Assembly (NCBI GenBank): GCA_003971905.1
Contig: RSEE01000006.1
Location: 248,001 to 312,000 of the forward strand
From: Moniliella sp. 'wahieum'
Taxonomy: Eukaryota
Reading direction: 5' to 3'
DNA length: 64,000 nt
The position numbers and the translations under genes are program-made. The notes beneath the pieces were generated by a model. It saw only the letters and a list, made by a program, of their open reading frames with translations, made no database searches and had not been told where the DNA came from. Position 1 is the stretch's first letter. Every line of letters starts with the position of its first letter. Positions 13,596 to 24,800 of the stretch are shown in pieces.

Positions 13596-15182
13596 GCTCT
13601 ACACTCTAAGCTCTAAGCTGCTGCCATTGCGCTGCCCATACGGCCCTGGAATGGCCTCGACACAAGGCTCAGGTCCAGCATGATGTCCCTGCCCTACAGG
13701 ACACATTGAATACCGTATCCATCATCAAGACCAAGTGGCGATCGTTGTATAGCCAGGGAGACGTGCAGATAGGTTGGTAGGTTGCCTAGCGTTGGCGCGC
13801 ACGGCCACGGCAAGGTCATCGATCATCGATCGACGATCGTTCAGCGAGGGAATGTGGATCTAAGCTCTAGGGTATGTACGAATCATGTTTACGTACGGAA
13901 AGCGCTAACGCTCCAAACAGTGGGGCTTAGCGGCTGAGCGCTTGGGCATCGCTGCTACGGACCCCTGGTTTGAGTCCATAGTTAGGCCTACGCAATGGTA
14001 ATGCCTGATGCTCCGGCCTGATGCACTGATGGGTGGTGTGCGCTCCGGCGGGGAGAAGCCAGCGCACTGTTCCATGCCGATCGCGCCCATTGCATGCGAG
14101 GGCACGGAGACAGGTCCCTGCGCAGTGTCCCATGTCACATGGGCGCGTCCAAACTGGCGCCGAGGATCCGCACCCGTTGGGCCTGCGCTGCTTGACCGCC
14201 GCGGGAAGCCACCACTGCATCGACAGCACCGTTACCACTACCAATCCTGGTCCATCTGCACCGCGTTGTGCGAGGCGGCCCCGGTCCGCTTCTGTTCCGC
14301 CCCTTTTCCTGTTGCTCTGCGGCTCCGCACTGGCTTCCCCTGGTTGTATCACCACCTCTCCCCCGCCTTGCTCGTTTTCCATAAGCGTCCTGCCATTCCA
14401 CAGGACCACTGAATATGTACACCGCTGCGAACGGTCAAGCAGTTGAATGGCGCCACCAAACACATGACTTGAAGCTTGACGAGCTTGACGTTTGAGTGAT
14501 CGAGGATTGATGATGTTACACTACAACGTCCTAGTATATAGCCAACGTAACACTAGTAACACCCGCTCTTGGGCTTATCACCAGCCGCATCGCTTTCTCT
14601 CGTGCGGCATGAACACCGAGCCGCAAGGCTTGAACGCCGAACGCCCCGCTCGACAAAGAGGTCTGTGCTGGGAGTCTGATTCCTACGCAGCCTTCAGTTT
14701 AGTGTTTCTTGTACAACACATCCAGCGTCCCCGTCTGGCATATCGTAGTGCACGCGGGCACCACGGCGGCGGTCAGCAGCTCATTAGCCGTGGGGTTATA
14801 GGACGAATCGCTAAGCCGCCACAGCACCACTGCAACAGCCACTAACATCTCGACCGTCGAGTTGTGGAGCACAGTGGATTGACCTCACAGAGGCTCGCAG
14901 ACAGAAGGCGCTGTGGAGGAGAGGAAACAACATGAAAAGAATGCACAACTGAATAGGGATAATAGGATAAAAGGGAGAATAAAAAACGGAGAGAGAGCCC
15001 AGTGAAGGAAAGCGAGGATGGGGCGACCCCCAAACGACAGGTAGACTGTGACATCACAGCCCTCAGACCAGCTGAAAAACATCAACGTAACCAGAGAGAG
15101 GACGAAAAGACCCAGAAAACAAAAGAAAGCAAAACAAACAAAAATGAGGCAGGTACTGGAGTCGACTGGACGTGTCCGGTTC

Positions 15183-15849
15183 CTAGGCGATTTGGAAGAG
15201 CTGGTACGTTTCGTTCGAACCCAACCGGGCACCCAAGCTCTGGTGTGTGTTGTTCATTGGCTTGAACATGTACCGCGACGTGGGGTTGGATTCCACCGGC
15301 CCACAGCAAAGTAGAGTTGGTAGGTTGAGTTGCTCGACGACGCAACCAGTTGCCATACTTGGTTGGAAATCGTAGAGATGTCATCGGTCAAACAGGGGCG
15401 TTGCAAGAAATGGGACAGGGCACGCGTCTCGTTTTGCGCGTGGATCTCGACACAGGTTATTGGCATCCGAAGCGAGGGTAAGTTGACCGTACACCGTCTG
15501 GGTCCCCGACGCGTCGGTGGTACCGGCAGCGTTGGAACCAAGGTACGAAGACGTCAGACCGAAAAAGGTCATGTCCTGAGCAGGCGCGGCGGTACCGTTG
15601 GGTGCCATCTCCAACACCGGCTCACCGGTCTGGTCACGATCGTTGTTAAAGGAGACAGTCTTGTTGAACCCGATGGTGTTGCCGATGAGGTAGAGCGGCA
15701 TGGCTGGCCAGGCATCGCCCCGGGTCACGCTACCCAACGCGTGGAAGAAGAGAGGAGTGGGCACGACGGTGCCCTGGGCTGTGGCCAGCCAGCACGCCAG
15801 CCGCGCTGCTGAGCGCAGCCACCATCGACACGAGGGGCAGAGCAAGCAT
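15183..15849 (-). CDS. Small secreted protein with a ricin-B/beta-trefoil-like repeat, frameshifted
   Basis: Signal-like MLALPLVSMVAALSSAAGVLA, then YGQLTLASDANNLCVEIH...PCLTDDISTISNQVWQLV (C...C...QxW). Several N-glycosylation sequons. Putative end ...NETYQLFQIA* at 15183. Confidence 0.55.
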
Positions 15850-18800
15850 GACGAAAAGAACGTGGAGGTGGGGGTGGAGGAGACAAGGGCTAACGAGGGG
15901 CAGGCACGGGAGTGAGCAGTGAGTGAGGTGGGAGGGGTAGGGGATGGGTCAGAGAAGGAAAAGGAAGAGACGCTGTGGAGGGGAATCGGGAAGCGGGGGG
16001 ACCGGGGTACCCTGTAAGGAAGCAGGATTGTGGCTATACTGCTCAATCACTAGGCACTCACCTTGGTTCGCAAGCCACGCCACAGCTTGCTCTTGCCACG
16101 GGCTGCTCGCTGGGCGCAGCTCTCTTGTCCTGGTCCGACACTCGCTCCTTGCCTGCCGCGCCGGGCCGCGCTCCTCTGTGCCCCGCACCAGCCTCGGCTG
16201 GGAGCAGCGCCAGTGTCGATCCGTTTGGGATGATCCGGAGGCGAGCACCCACGGCGCCAGTGACCGATTATGGAACACAGGCGCCGTTGCCCTCGCGGTC
16301 CCCCGCCATGGGGCTGCGGCAGGCTGCTGCCTGTTGCTGCACAGCCGCTCAGCTGACCACGTGCTACAGCGACGATCCGTCAAGCGCTCGCCTCTCCGAT
16401 CTCCAGGCCCCTCGCTGCGTTCCGACTGAGCAGCAGCTGAGCTCCTAAGCGCCTACGCCCTGGGACCTTCGGCCTCTGGCCCGCCGGCCTCAGGCGCAGG
16501 ATTCAACGTGTCCAACATTCAACTTGAAGTTCCTGCTTCAAGCTGCACTTGAAGAGCTTGAGGCACAGGTTGAGCGAAGCCCTGCGATGCTGCTCAGTGC
16601 TGGCGGTGAGCCCCTCTGGGGCTCTTGAATCCTCTGGCATGTGAGGCCATGTGAGGGCCTCATCCTGAGGATACCCCGGCGACCTCAGCGGTCACAGGTG
16701 ACCGGTGAGCATTGGCCACAGCCAACTGAAGAGACGAGTGGGGGATCGACCTGATTGAGTACATACTTCTCCAACATGTGCATGATCTGGAATGGAACAA
16801 TCATGTTACGTATCAATATCAAAAGGCAGGTGATGAGATCATGAGACCTGGAGTCCTGATGATCCTCGAGGGTGATGCAATCGCACTGGTGGTGGTGGTG
16901 TGGCAACCTGCAATGCCTACAGAGGAACATCAAGCTTCAAGCAGCGAGTTGCCATCAGGCCTCAGGGGCTAAGCTGCGGGACAAGGAAGACAACAGGAGA
17001 GGGGACAGCGGAACTCCTAGGCCTGAGGAGGAACTGAAGGGACATTGGCCAAAGCACGAGCCACCTAGCTCAAGCTCAACAGTAGGGACAGAGAAGACGC
17101 TTCGCTCATCAGACCCTCGTCAGGCTCCCTGCCTCAGACCTGAGCTCAGGCCGATCTCCTCATCGATCTGATCCAGCATATTTGGTCATCTCTCGGGCTC
17201 ACCGCTGCCGGCCTCGCTACTGCCACAGGATGTGAGCACTGAACCTCGTATTGGTCGAAGGAGCTTCCGCGACAGAATCGTCCAGAAGACTCCATGACTC
17301 AGGACCCGCGCGGTCCTAGGACGGACGTCAACAACCACAAACACTGCAGAAGCCAATGGCGTCGTCACATGTCACAGCGGATCAGGGCCTATATTCCCCC
17401 CGCCAGTCGTCTTCAATCGGATGCGGTGTTAGTGAAGCGAACCATTGGCACATTGGTAGTGTACAATAGCAAAACATGTATATAGTTGCGGATTACACTG
17501 GCAAAGTGTGGTGTGCTTGGCCAAAATTTGCATCCGTAGTCGTATATGCTTTTTGTGTCACTACCCAGCGCCCCTCATTCATCATCGCGTCTTTTTTGCG
17601 AGAACGATTCCATCGGCGTGAAGAGCCCTCGGGTTCAACGTCTAGCAAAGAGGTAGTAATGATAAGATGGTCTTTGACCTTGATGACTGGTGCGGGTATA
17701 TGACGGGGGGCACATGATATAAGTACTAGGCCGCGGCAGCCGCAACCTCCTCAACAAACCCAACGGGTATAGAGTTATGAACTTGTCCCAATCACCTTAA
17801 TCATCGCCCTTCCTTTTATCCCACATGGGTCAATATGCCCCCACGGATCCACGGCTAGCATTCGCACCCCTCTCACACATGGCTTGCTTTCACGTTAGAT
17901 ATGGAGAGAAGTATGTGGTGGCCACGTCTTATCTGATGAGAGTAAACGGCGAGAGCCGACATGTCAGTGTGAATTCCATCGAATAATGAAAAGGTCTCTT
18001 GCCTCTGTCCCGCAACATCATGTCCAATATATGTCCTCACATTCGGCGGTATCAAAGCAAAATGTTGCTAGTTTCTCCGTCACATGCAGATGTCCAGGAC
18101 CCGAATCCTTCTTCACGATTCCGGCCTTGGGTTCTTCTTTAAAATCATCGCACCTGCCCGGTATGACCCGCTGTGCTTCACAAAAAAAACAGAGATGTCA
18201 CGGGCGGGCTCCGCCAGCAGGCACACCCAACAGGTTTGTGGGGTATAAATGATTCCTTACGACACGCTGGGATGACTCACGGCAGTTTCGGGCTTGGGCT
18301 AATAGTTGGTAGATCCGAGCGGAGCTAGGGACGAGGTGAGGCCTTTGGGCATGAAGCCGAGGCGGCTGCACGTGTGCAAGGCTGCTGTGTGTGGACCGGC
18401 TTGGACCGTATGACGTGTCTGAAGCTTCCGGGGCTTAGGGACGGGTAGGGCAATGGAGAGGAAAACGCTGCCAGTGCTGAGAATGGGGACGACTGTCGAC
18501 GTGGCTGGAAAGGAACCCACGTGATACGCTGGTACGGGGAATCGACGCGGTTGAAGGAAGGCTCGCGCGACTGTGCGGGACAGATGGAGAGCTGGAGGGC
18601 GAGGCTGGAAGAGGCTGAGGGAGCTAAGTGGAGAGGAGGCTACCTTTATTGAATCAATTGCCCGGAAAACGGGCAGGAGTTGTATAGGATAGGCCGGGAG
18701 GGACGAGAATGGAAGGTGGATAAAAGGATCCCCACCAACCAGGGGTATAGGCTAGATCAAAGGGGAAACGGATACAATAGAAGGGGGTGTAGAAAGTAAT

Positions 18801-19373
18801 CAAGATGTGTCAAAATAGGGGTTGGTTGCCGCAAGCGCAACCGAGAAAGGAAAAGTCAGTAGTGACGGGTCCACAGTCGTCGGAAAGATACTGGAAAATT
18901 GGTGGCCTTATTCTTAGGCCGACCGACTGGGACTTGGGCGGGGGGCGACTGGCCTATGTTGTCGCGCGTCGGGCGCATGGCCACTCCGGTCCTCGTACAT
19001 ATGGTTTAACCAACTATCGTCGAATTTGGTTGGACTTCGGAGCGCGCTCTACTGGGCATATGTGCAGAGCAGGTGGGCCTTAGCTTGGATCGGATCATCT
19101 CATCTGATCCAACGCAGCCCATCACAAAAGAACAAAAGAAAGAAACGGTCGAATGAGAGTTGAGAACCTTCTTTTTGCCTTCGCTGAGTGTCATTGGCAA
19201 AGCAGGTTTACGCCTTACTATATACTTTCGAAATGGCATGGCAGCAACTGTTGGTTTGTTGGCAGCATCGTATAGGGGGATTAGAGGATGCAGTTTTATA
19301 AGGGCAAGCACTGGGAATACTGATCTTTTGTGTCATATGGATGAAGGAAGAAATGATAGAGAAGGAAGCACAA

Positions 19374-19468
19374 GGTCGATTAGCTCAGTTGGTCAGAGCG
19401 TGGTACTAATATGTCCTCCAGGAGTGTTGGTGATGCCAAGGTCATGAGTTCAAGCCTCATATTGACCA
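19374..19468 (+). tRNA. tRNA-Ile (anticodon AAT) with a 21-nt intron at 19412-19432
   Basis: Acceptor stem GGTCGAT/ATTGACC, D arm GCTC-AGTTGGTCA-GAGC, anticodon stem TGGTA/TGCCA with loop CT-AAT-A^A, T arm ATGAG-TTCAAGC-CTCAT, discriminator A. Confidence 0.95.
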
Positions 19469-19469
19469 C

Positions 19470-19476
19470 TTTTTTT
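19470..19476 (+). terminator. RNA polymerase III terminator (T7)
   Basis: Run of seven T immediately after the tRNA. Confidence 0.85.
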
Positions 19477-19483
19477 GGCCTGC

Positions 19484-19670
19484 GTTGAACGTTGATCGAT
19501 GATCGAAGAAGCTTCAAATTTCAAAATGCTTTCGAAGAAAGATCGAAATAGGATCTCGTGACGCGTGAAGCTTGAAGCTTGTGAAGCTTAAAGCTTGCAG
19601 CTTGATTAATGGTTTTGATGATTGGCCAACAGCTGTCACATGTCAAGCTTCAAGCTTCAAGCTTGTCAAG
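19484..19670. repeat. Cluster of chained TSA-palindrome-TSA units (7-bp period)
   Basis: TGA-ACGT-TGA-TCGA-TGA; TCA-AATT-TCA; TGA-CGCG-TGA-AGCT-TGA-AGCT; TCA-CATG-TCA-AGCT-TCA-AGCT-TCA-AGCT. Confidence 0.9.
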
Positions 19671-20568
19671 TGCCCTAGTGATATGTATGACAGTGATCTG
19701 GTGGCTACTAGCTACTGCGATGCGAAAAGTTTAACCGAGCGGACAGAGAAGGGTTTTATTCGTTTCTGGATGTTGGATGGGAAAACAGCCGCCAGGCACC
19801 GCAGCTGAACTGCAGGTGGGGCCGGTGGGGCTGTGGCGTCAGCACAGTTGGGCCGTTGACGCGGTTGACGTGTTGCTGCCATTGCCATTGATGCGGATTC
19901 GCTGATTCATGAATCGATTGCGATGAATACAGGAGCTTGGATAGGCTCGGAGGCGCCTGGAAAGAGGGTATATGCAGCAGATTGCAGCTGGCTGCGTCCA
20001 GCCGACTGGGTTTGCTGCTGGGTCGATGTACGATGCGAACGTGCTAGACTGGGCCTGGACGACGGAGACAGGCAGGTACCCGAATGATCGATGATCGATG
20101 GTTACTGATTCACGCTCTCATCGATCTCTCATCGATCTCATCGATCGTTGATAATCGATAACGGGTAACGTTTTGCTGTTTAGTACACTGAATCGGACAA
20201 CCGACACGCCACGCGCTGGGCAGGGCAGTGGGCCACAGTGTCCGTCCCATTGCACCTGTCTCATCTTCTTCGTCTGCTCCACCCGCCTGCATCATATCCG
20301 ACACCCAAGGGCAGCGGAGGGGCAGTGTGCGGGATGCATGATCAGAGTTGTGTGCTGGTGTGCTGGGCAGACTAGATGCATGATGTGGTGCACAAGGGCA
20401 CAGAGCCGCGCTGCGAAATCCGTGCCTCCTCCCCTCCGCCGCACTAGCCAGCACTCGCCCCCAGGATCCATTCCTCTGTGGCGTGCCGTTCGTGATGGTC
20501 ACTGGTCGCTCGTCACGCGGCCTTAGTCACTAGTCACTAGCCATTCTCGACGTCTGCCGCTGGCGCCA

Positions 20569-20623
20569 TCATGCATCATGCATCATGCATCATGCATCAT
20601 GCATCATGCATCATGCATCATGC
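20569..20623. repeat. (TCATGCA)7 heptamer tandem repeat
   Basis: Seven perfect copies plus a partial copy, about 200 bp upstream of the G-alpha ATG. Confidence 0.95.
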
Positions 20624-20820
20624 GTCCACAGCACCCTTGCGCCTCGCTAGTTACGAGTTACTAGGAACGAGTTTACATGTCCCAGCCACACAACGTGCTT
20701 CTGTCTGGCCGCAGCAGCCCCTCCCTGCCGCCACCACCACCACCACCTCCACCTCTACCACCTCCTCCTGCTCCTCATCCTCCTTCCTGCTCCTCTCCCT
20801 CTGCCCCCACCATTGCATCC

Positions 20821-21889
20821 ATGGGCTGCGCTCCCTCCCGTCCCACCGACCAGCTCGCCGCCCTCACCCGCAGCGAAGCGATCGATGCCGAGCTCAAGGC
20901 GACCCGACTTGCGCAGCGAAACGAGGTCAAGCTCCTGCTCCTCGGTGCCGGTGAGTCCGGCAAGAGCACACTGCTCAAGCAGATGAAGCTCATCCACCAC
21001 GGGCCCTATTCTCAGGCCGAGCGCGAATCCTACAAGGAGATCATCTTCTCCAATACTGTTCAGAGCATGAAGGTTCTCCTCGAGGCTATGGATGTGCTGC
21101 AACTACCGTTGGGCCAAGCTCGGAGCGTTGCCGCTGCCCAATGCGTTGTTGCTGCACCCGATGAGGCCATTACTGGCTTCTTGCCCCCCGAGCTTGTCGC
21201 GGCCATTGGGGTTCTGTGGTCTGATGCAGGCGTACAGGCCTGCTTTGCCCGCTCGCGCGAGTTTCAGCTCAACGACTCTGCACCCTACTACTTTGACGCG
21301 ATTCACCGCATCGGCTCCGCACCTATATACCCACTGACCAAGATGTCCTCCGTTCCCGCGTCAAGACGACAGGCATTACCGAAACACGCTTTGAAATCGG
21401 CCGGCTGAATTACAGCATTGTCGATGTGGGAGGACAACGATCGGAACGGAAAAAATGGATCCATTGCTTTGACAGCGTTACTGCCCTTATCTTTTTGGTC
21501 GCGGTAAGCGAATACGACCAAATGCTCTACGAGGACGCCAACAAACCAACCGCATGACTGAGGCTTTGACCTTGTTTGAGTCCATCTGCAACTCTCGCTG
21601 GTTTCTCTCCGCAGCTCCATCCTTCTCTTCCTCAACAAAACCGACCTGTTCCGTGCCAAGCTTGCCATCTCACCTCTTGGCAACTACTTCGCCGACTACA
21701 ATGGGCCCGCCAGCTACGGCCCGGCAATTGAATTTCTAGAGGCCAAGTTCGTCGGCCTCAACCAGAGCAAGTCCAAACAAATCTACCCCCATACCACTTG
21801 TGCCACCGACACCACAGATCAAGTTTGTCATGTCGGCCGTGAACGACATCATTGTCGGCAACAACTTGAGCAGTGTCGGCCTTCTCTAG
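20821..21889 (+). CDS. Heterotrimeric G-protein alpha subunit, apparently intronless, frameshifted in assembly
   Basis: MGC lipidation motif, [51 protein letters not shown]-terminus NNLSSVGLL*. Confidence 0.96.
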
Positions 21890-24800
21890 CTCCGTTCCCT
21901 CCTCCCCTATTTCTTCACAACAAGCGCGTCGATCTCTGCTGCCTTGATTCCACAACAAGGTTATCGCGCGTACCTTTACTCTCCTGCCCTTTTTTGCCGC
22001 TGGCACACACATCATGTTTTACATACCCAACCCCTTCCCTCCACACGGTCCCTCTTCAAGATTCACTCTTACTTCATCCGTTTGCTTTGTGTGTCCTGGT
22101 TCCATGCCCCCTTGCTACACCCCTTTCGGCCTGATTGTCACCCCTTCACCGCCCCTCCTCCCCCCACCCCTGACTCTCATCTGCCTGCCCCTAACACCAT
22201 TCGTGTACATTATTGTCACTTGGACCTGGCTGTTGTGGGCCATGAATGCGATCTGTGGCCATCGCAAGTTATGGTAGGAAACCCAAGTAATGATGCAGGT
22301 GGCTTTTCATATGACATCTGATCCCTTCCCTTCCTCCTCGCCGTCACCAACCATCTCGTCAGCGGTCTCATTGGAGGAATTGATGCTGGAGAAAGTGAGA
22401 GATTCGAGTCATTGTCTCACTCACGTGCCCATATGGACTCCATGGCATGCTTCGTATCAGTTGGGAGGTCCTGTGTCCACCTCTCAAATGCGCCCCCCTT
22501 CCTTCCGTAGGTACATGCGCCTTTAGTCCGTTCCTAGATGGATCCAGTCCATTCTTCTCCCCTTTCCTGCATCACACGTCTCCTGACGGCCGTATTTTAA
22601 ACGGGAATAAGACCGACAGCGGCAGAGCCATCGAGGAGAGCCACACGCGGATGTGGACTGATACTAGCACCAGCTCTTCAACCCCTCACCACGACTCGCA
22701 CCCGTGGATCCGACGAAAGCAAAGGCACATTGGCATCCAGCGGGGGCGGGGGAACAATCCTTATGTTGGCCCCGATGCGTTTGGGGCGCGTCTCACGTCT
22801 TTCCCCACCAGGTGATCCTGCAACGGATATATGCATCGTGATAACAGCGTCTTTCACGGTCAAAGGGATGGGTGCAGTTAGTTTTGCTGTGTGCATTCTT
22901 CGTGACCAACAGGACCCTGAATCACTCCATGCGACTAGTGCCGTCACGTCCACAGATCAAGTGTGTGCGATTGTCCATGTTCGGGGTCGGGCGTTCAACT
23001 GTGGCCGTGCACGGAGGGAGCCATATGCGGCCAATCTCGACTCAGGAAGGTGAGTAGGTACCAGAGTATCACGTACACGTTTTCGAGAAATGAAGAAGGC
23101 CATCGTCTCCGTGTCCAGCGCCTGACTAGCTGTGAGGGGCACAACCAAGCCCTACAGGATCTTCCGGCACCCCCACAGGATCATCCTTTTTGTTTCGCCA
23201 GCAAATGAGGATTGGCATAGGTATCCCGTGCGGGGAGCGCTAGGTGGAGAAAGTCAGAGTTGCAGTCGAAATAGAGCCAGCGGAACCCCGGGCAGGGGTA
23301 AAACGTTTGATAAGCGGGGCATGAGCACAGCGAATGGGTGCGAAGGAGAGCGAAATCGGCATTGCGTTCCGCTTCGTACCTTGATCGTCAGGGATTGGTG
23401 ACATGGATGGCCTTTTGGACTGTCATCGCTGTCACATGTCATGGGCGGGACCCGAACTGGAGCCCAACCCACGGTTTGGGGATGCTCTCCTTTGAAAGAA
23501 GAGGGTTCACACGGGTTTCGAGCCTGACCGCTATTGGCGGATCCAAACAGCGCTGGAGACGAGGTGAGGCATCTCATTTGGGGATACGGCTCGCGTGGCG
23601 CAGAACCTTGAAGGAGTTTGGCCGGAAGGTTGACGCAAGAAAAGACAAGGTCAGACAGTTCCAGTCACAGAACAATCAACTCCTGTAGGATCTAATTGCA
23701 AGACCCGCGCAGAGAAGACTGAAAGCTGGAGGGGATCGACGGCAATGGATCATGTCTGGTCAAAAGGACTTGGAAAGGCCAAGGAGTGTGGTCACTGAGG
23801 CAGGTCGGGAGGTCTGCTGGTGAACTAGGGAGCATAACGCGGGTGTTGACTGGTGGCGGGGTCTCAAGGATGGATTCGCAAGGGGATATGTTGTTACATA
23901 ATGACCCGCTATTACTAAGAGAGGAAAGAACACAAAACAAAAGCTATACAGACAGAAGGAACTTCAAGAAATCAACATACAACGTAGAAAGTGGAAGGAG
24001 AATAACGGCAAATGACTCTCAAAAGGAGCGCAGATCAAGCCGGGAAAGGTTCACACAATCCTGAGTTGATGGTAACAGGAACAGTCAACAAGGAAAAAGG
24101 CCCAACAAAGTAATGGACAAGTTCTCCACACCCTCTGCAAGAGCGTACCAAAAGGCATGAGCATGTGAAAGAGGGGGTTGTGAAAGAGAAAAAGGTACAA
24201 GAAGACGCTAAAATGCGCAGTTACTAGCTATACAGATGAACACGAAGAGGGAACATGTGTGGGTGGATCGAGGGATTGTGCGAGGCGTCCCCGTTCCCCC
24301 CCTGTTCCGCCCTGATCTTGTTGCGCCTCTGGGTTGTCCTTCGCATGTTTGCATCTCCACCACATCCTACCCTGCCTTGTTTGCCTCCGACAGAGATGCA
24401 CATTACGATGGATGGTGGCTGAGCGCGCTGAGCTGAGCTCCGAAGCTCTGAGGAACGATGATTCATTCTTCTGCCATCCCGAGGTCTCTGAGGTGCCTCG
24501 GCTTGAGAAGCCGAAGTCGCCGAGGCCGACGGTCCCCCTCAGCCCTCTCGGTCTCTTACCATGCACATCCGGGGAGAGACGCTCTGAGACACTGTCTATA
24601 TCAGATCAGTTACTGACTACTACCTTAAGCATTGGAATGGATGACATGCACAACATGAGATGGGCATTGTGTGACCGGTGACAGTGACATGTGCCAGGCA
24701 GACGATGATCGATGATCCCATCTTACTTTGGTGGCCGCTGCGATGATCTTACTTCAACGTTCAACACCTCAGGCCTCAGTCTACTTCAGTAGCTTCCGTA

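Noticed and set aside
17933..17995. CTGATGAG followed by a CGGC-GAGA-GCCG hairpin, resembling a hammerhead ribozyme core or C box
   Set aside because: No stem II closing directly onto GAAA and no stems I/III found. The motif is better explained as a minus-strand splice acceptor.
23240..23560. GGAGAAAGTC as an RNase P/MRP CR-I motif
   Set aside because: No complementary CR-V element found downstream.
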